Part shown: one piece after another, positions 57,480-64,000 of the stretch | How positions within the stretch are numbered: the first letter of the stretch is position 1 | How the letters are laid out: each line of letters starts with the position of its first letter | Source: Chrysemys picta bellii | Lineage: Eukaryota | Direction of reading: 5' to 3' | Assembly (NCBI RefSeq): GCF_011386835.1 | Contig: NC_088807.1 | Span: forward strand, 1,426,001 to 1,490,000 | Length of the DNA stretch: 64,000 bases | Position numbers and translations under genes: made by a program | Notes under the pieces: model-generated | Databases searched by the model: none | What the model was told of the DNA's origin: nothing | The model's input: only the letters and a program-made list of their open reading frames with translations

Positions 57480-57979
57480 GTGCCCCTCCTAAAATGGCGG
57501 CCGCCGGCGGAGCGGGCAGCGGCGGGGTGAGTCCGATCACGTGATTGGATACCAGCCACCCGCTTCCCTCCTCTCAGCCGCCCCTTCCGCGTCGCGTGAC
57601 AAATACCGCCAATCAAATGTGAGAACAGCGGTTACTGACACCTCCAATCAGCCAATGGCCGGCTCTTGTGCGGTAGGCGGGAACTGCCGAGCCGAACACC
57701 AAATCCGAATGCGGCTTGCCTGAGGGGGGCGGGGTAACGCTGAAGAACCGCCTCCTGATTGGTCATTGTGCAGGCCCTGGCACTGCTTTGATTGGCCTGC
57801 CACACACGCGGCCGTAGGCCTTTCATTGGCCGGCGCCGGCGAGGCGTCCTTTTATAGGCTCATAAGTCCGAGGCTGCTTCGTCGTGATTGGCCCGCGCGG
57901 AGAGTGGGCGGGGTTGTCTCTCGGCGGGCTCCTGTGGCGGCGGGCGGCGCTGCGAGGCCTGGGCCTGCGGACTCCATCG
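57480..57979. promoter_or_regulatory. ACTMAP/SNRPA bidirectional CpG promoter with SNRPA non-coding first exon (about 57900-57979)
   Basis: Eight CCAAT boxes (57544, 57609, 57644, 57652, 57758, 57791, 57825, 57887), a YY1-type AAAATGGCGGC at 57491, and a CG|GTGAGG donor at 57980. Confidence 0.75.
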
Positions 57980-58603
57980 GTGAGGGGCCGCGGCGGGGCG
58001 GCGCCATCGGGCCGCGGGGCCGGGGGGGATCGGGCCGGGGGGCAGCGCCCGGCCTGTGTGACCCAGTATGGCCGGGCTCGGGGGGGGGGCGGCGGGGCCG
58101 CAGCCACCGGAGCCGTCCGGGGGGGCGGGGCTTATCCGGGCCCCGCCCCCTGAGCCCCACTTCCGGTTCAGGGCTGCAGCCTGTATCCCCCTCCCCCACT
58201 GGGGGCGGGGCGGTGTCCCTGGGGGCGGGGCCTGGCGCCCCTCGAGGGCTCCCCTGGGGGTGGGGAGGGGGCCCGTTCTCCCCCGCCTGGGGGGGCGCCT
58301 GGCCAGGCCGTGGCAGGAGCTGGGGTGCTGGTAGCCCCCAGGGACCGGCCTGGGGGGGTCCCCTGGTGGTGGGGGAGGGGCCCGAGACCCCAGGCTGCTT
58401 CCCTCCCCCCCCCCCCCCGCCAGGTCTTGGCCCCAGCCCCCCACCCCAAGCTGTCTCCCCCGAACATGGCGTCTGGCTTGGCCGGAGGCGGCGCTCCGGG
58501 GTGGGATTAACCCCAGTCCTGCGCTGCTGGGATCGCTGCCTCCAGCTCCTCGCACTGGTCTCGCCCTCGCCCCGGCAGCACCCGCTGGGTGGGGATCGTC
58601 TGA

Positions 58604-60829
<2,226 letters not shown>

Positions 60830-61166
60830 AGCGCCCCCCCCTTCTCCCCAAGCCCAGAACTGCCCCTCCCCACTCCCCCGTTAGTCTGTTCTGAACCAGG
60901 CCCCCCCTGTTTTTTATCAGTTCCCTGGAAGGTAAGTCTGCCCTCAGGGCCAGCCGGATTACCAGCCCCAAACACCCCCATTCCCCTGAGCCTTGGAACT
61001 GACGGTGTGGAAGTGTCCCCCCTGCACGCCATGCTGCCTTGCTGCTCAGAGTGGGTAAGTGACTCTGGAGCGCCCCCAGCTGGTGATCTCTGCGTCTGCG
61101 ACAAGCCTGGAGCTGGTTCGTGGCGGGATGGTTGGTACAGGGGGTGGGGGCGGCTACTACCCTCCT

Positions 61167-61215
61167 GAAGCATTGTACCCAGAGTCTGCTGCTCAGACAT
61201 TGCACCTGGCGCTCT
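61167..61215 (+). promoter_or_regulatory. U1A polyadenylation inhibition element (PIE RNA)
   Basis: GAAGC-ATTGTAC-CCAG-AGTCTG...CAGAC-ATTGCAC-CTGG-C-GCT. Two U1A-binding heptamers (61172-78 and 61199-205) sit in the known stem arrangement, 10 nt before AATAAA. Confidence 0.93.
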
Positions 61216-61224
61216 CTGTTCTGT

Positions 61225-61230
61225 AATAAA
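61225..61230 (+). terminator. SNRPA poly(A) signal
   Basis: AATAAA directly after the PIE, preceded by TGTA. Confidence 0.9.
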
Positions 61231-62794
61231 AGCTCCTTTGTGACCCCCCCTTTGCCGCGACTGGCCTGTTCCTCGCTTGGCTTCCCGGTGGGGTGGGGTG
61301 AAATCGACCCGCCGGATTCTCTGCGTGGGAGTCTGAGCCTGTGTCCTGAGAGATGGCTCTGAGCCAAGCCCCCAGGCAGGGGCGGGAGCTGAAGGGAATT
61401 ACTCCCAGCCCAGTGATTGTGAAATTGGTGAATTCTGGGCTTACCCCACCACTATCCCAGAAGGCTTTGGGGGGGGCTTGTCTGGTCCGAGCAGCTTGTC
61501 CCTGCTGCCTTTAACACGGAGCCTAGAGATGCGAGGATGCACGGCTGCGTGGAGCATCGCATGCTGGGAGAGAACAGGGTGAAGCGGGTGCCTGGGAGGG
61601 GTCAGGCGCCCAGTGCGGAAGAGGCATCACCAGGGGCTGGGGTTTGACTATGGAGGTCCCCCCCCCGAGGTGACTGCCTACCTCCTCCATTGGGTTCAGA
61701 GCTAGTCTGTTCCCCCCCCGGCTGCCTGAGAGAAGCCCTGCAGTTGCTGGGGGTCCGAGGCTTCCTAGCAGCCCCCCGTGGGTGGGACTCATCCCCGGCT
61801 CTTGGCGGGGGGGGGGGGGGTCTGATGTGTTGAGTCACAGAGCACAGGAAACTGGCGCTGGCACGAGCTAGTACTTGTGCCACGTAGTGACCTGGTGCCA
61901 TCTGCCTCAAAGTGGGATCCCACTGCTGCCACAAGGAGCTTCTGAAGTGAGGGGGGCTTCAGGGGCCTCCCCCTCCCACACAGGGCTGGGGGTGGGGGGG
62001 AGCTTTGACAGTGCAGCTTCTTGGCAGGGTCCTACCCCTCTGTGGGCCTCCGCTGTAGTGAGCCTTGGGACAATGGGCCCAGTATGTTACCCGAGAGCCG
62101 GCCCCTGCGTCAGCAGCCGGCCCCGCTCGCCCTCGCTCCCGCCTTGAGTTTGTGGCACTGGATGATTTTAAAAAGCGGAGCGGAAGGGGGCAGAGAATTC
62201 GGAGCTGGTGACTTGGCCGTGCCCCTCTGCCGGGGGATGGGATTCTGTCTCCCCTCCTCTCGCGCTCTCTGCGCGGCCTGGCGTGAAGACTGCTGGTCTG
62301 TTGTGGACATGCAGCCACCTCTGGGTTGGACTGAAGCAGCACCAGCAGTACGCGGTCGGAGGCAACCGGCCCCGAGGCTAGAGAAGGGCTTTGCCCCGGC
62401 TGGTGTCTGGGACGTGCATCCCCGAGGGCTGGGGGAGCGGGAATGGTCAGGACGCAGGGGCGACGTTCTATCCAAAACCTGGTACCTGCTCCTGGTAGCA
62501 TGGCCCCCTGACAGCCGCGGGGTCCCCCATTGGCAGAACGGCCCCCCAGTGCAGCTGCGGGGCTCAGCCTTCACTCAGGAAAGGGCGCCCCCTAGTGCCA
62601 GCCAAGGCTCGGCACCGCCATGGGGGCAAGGGGCCCCCTGCCGGAGGAATCGGCACCTGCTCTGCCCAATGGGGTGGCTGCTCCGGGATCTCCGAAAAGG
62701 GCTCAGGGCGGTGACTAGAAACACAGCTGGGGCGGGCCGCGCTGCCCTCCCTGTGGGGGCAGTCTGAGCCCGGGGCGGCTGCATTTCGCCCACC

Positions 62795-63729
62795 ATGGCT
62801 ACCACCCGGCTCTGGGCCCGGGCCGCTCTGCTGGGCGCCCTGCTGGGGCTGGTGCAGGGGGGCCGGCGGCTGGGCAGGCTGGCCGAGAAGAAGCTGTGTG
62901 CGGACGCCGACTGCAGCCGTAAGTGTGTGTGTGTGTGGGGGGGGGGGAGCACGAGGGGCTGCATGTGGGGTGGTGCTGGGGGGCCTGGCTGGTGGCACAG
63001 GGCAGCATGGGGGTTGAGGGCCATGGTGTGGCGGTGGGATAGGGCAGGGCCATGCTTGGGGGGGGCGGGGGGTGCTGGTGGAGGTGCAGGGCCCGGGCCC
63101 AGGGAATGACCCCTCCCCCCCCCGCTCTGTCGCCCACCCCCCCCAGATCCGATCTCCATTGCGGTGGCTGTGCAGGATTACATCGCCCCCGACTGCCGCT
63201 TCGTCCCCATCCAGCGCGGGCAGGTCGTCTACGTCTTCTCCAAGCTGAAGGGCCGCGGGCGACTGTTCTGGGGCGGCAGCGTGAGTGGCTGGAGGCGGGC
63301 GGGGGGTTTCCCTGGGCTCTGCTGGGGCATCAGCCCCCATCCCGGCATCATGCCCCTGGTGGAGTGGGACCCAGGGCCACGCAGAGGGCTGGGCCTGACC
63401 CCCGCAATCCCAAATCACCAGTGCCAGCCCCCCAGCACCAGATCCCATCTCAGCCTGGTGGGCTCCTGTGTGACATTTGCTGGGTCTCAGGTCCTGGGAG
63501 GGCCCCATGGGCAAGGGGGGGGGGGGTTGCCCCACCCAGGCTGCAGCTCTGTGGGGGAGGACTGATGTCAGGGGTCTTGGCACCCCAGGTTAAGCCCCCC
63601 CCAATCTCCTCCCCGCAGGTGCAGGGGGATTATTACGGGGAGCACCCCGCCCGCCTGGGCTTCTTCCCCAGCAGCGTAGTCCAGGAGAACCAGTACCTCA
63701 AGCCGGGGAAGGTGGAGGTCAAAACCGAT
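62795..63729 (+). CDS. MIA: Melanoma inhibitory activity (MIA SH3-domain protein), exons 1-3; last exon beyond the window
   Basis: Kozak GCCCACCATGG. Exons 62795-62918, 63147-63280, 63619-63729. Signal peptide, then KKLCADADCSHPISIAVAVQDYIAPDCRF...FWGGSVQGDYYG...LGFFPSSVV. Confidence 0.95.
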
Positions 63730-64000
63730 GTGAGTAGCCGAGCCGCAGCACGTGGGCACCCAAGTATTGCTGGGGGGGAGGGCTCCCCACACCGCAGGGG
63801 GGCTGCCACCACCCAGAGACCACAGCATGCAGAGCGCCTGGCCCTGGGGTGGCTGGCATCTTCGCTCCATGCCTAGGGCACCGAGACGGGAGGAGAGACT
63901 GCGGGGTGGCAGATCTGGGGATAGAACCCAGGAGTCCTGGCCCTCCAGCTCTAACCACTAGTCCCCGTTCCCCAGAGTCCTGCCTCCCAGCCCCCCCAGT

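Noticed and set aside
57849-57856. TATAAAAG on the minus strand as the ACTMAP TATA box
   Set aside because: It lies about 400-600 bp from the ACTMAP coding start and inside the SNRPA-proximal CCAAT cluster, so it cannot be assigned from sequence alone.

Overview
Very GC-rich vertebrate genomic DNA, most likely a turtle (inferred from the repeat landscape). It is syntenic with human 19q13.2. Gene order: NUMBL (minus, 5' part only), COQ8B/ADCK4 (minus, complete 14-coding-exon model, 590 aa), ITPKC (plus, six catalytic-domain exons; first exon uncertain), ACTMAP/C19orf54 (minus), SNRPA (plus, complete, 281 aa, with its PIE autoregulatory RNA element) and MIA (plus, first 3 exons). Exons were assigned by hand from GT/AG sites, reading-frame phase and recalled similarity to the human proteins. 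Between COQ8B and ITPKC lie a 1.16-kb solo LTR and a young 4,030-bp Gypsy/Gmr1-type LTR element. That element has apparently identical 473-bp LTRs, a 5-bp TSD, a tRNA-Leu PBS, a PPT and one open ORF (Gag with SCAN and CCHC, protease, integrase Zn-finger), but no integrase core, RT or RNase H. Other unusual content: two related 77-80 bp tandem arrays carrying CTCF-like motifs (about 15 and about 93 units), about 16 clusters of a ~75-bp tandem repeat derived from a tRNA-like SINE head, a hAT MITE with a perfect 8-bp TSD, and interlocked poly(A) signals between ITPKC and ACTMAP. Most long ORFs in the supplied track are repeat artefacts. No database searches were run.
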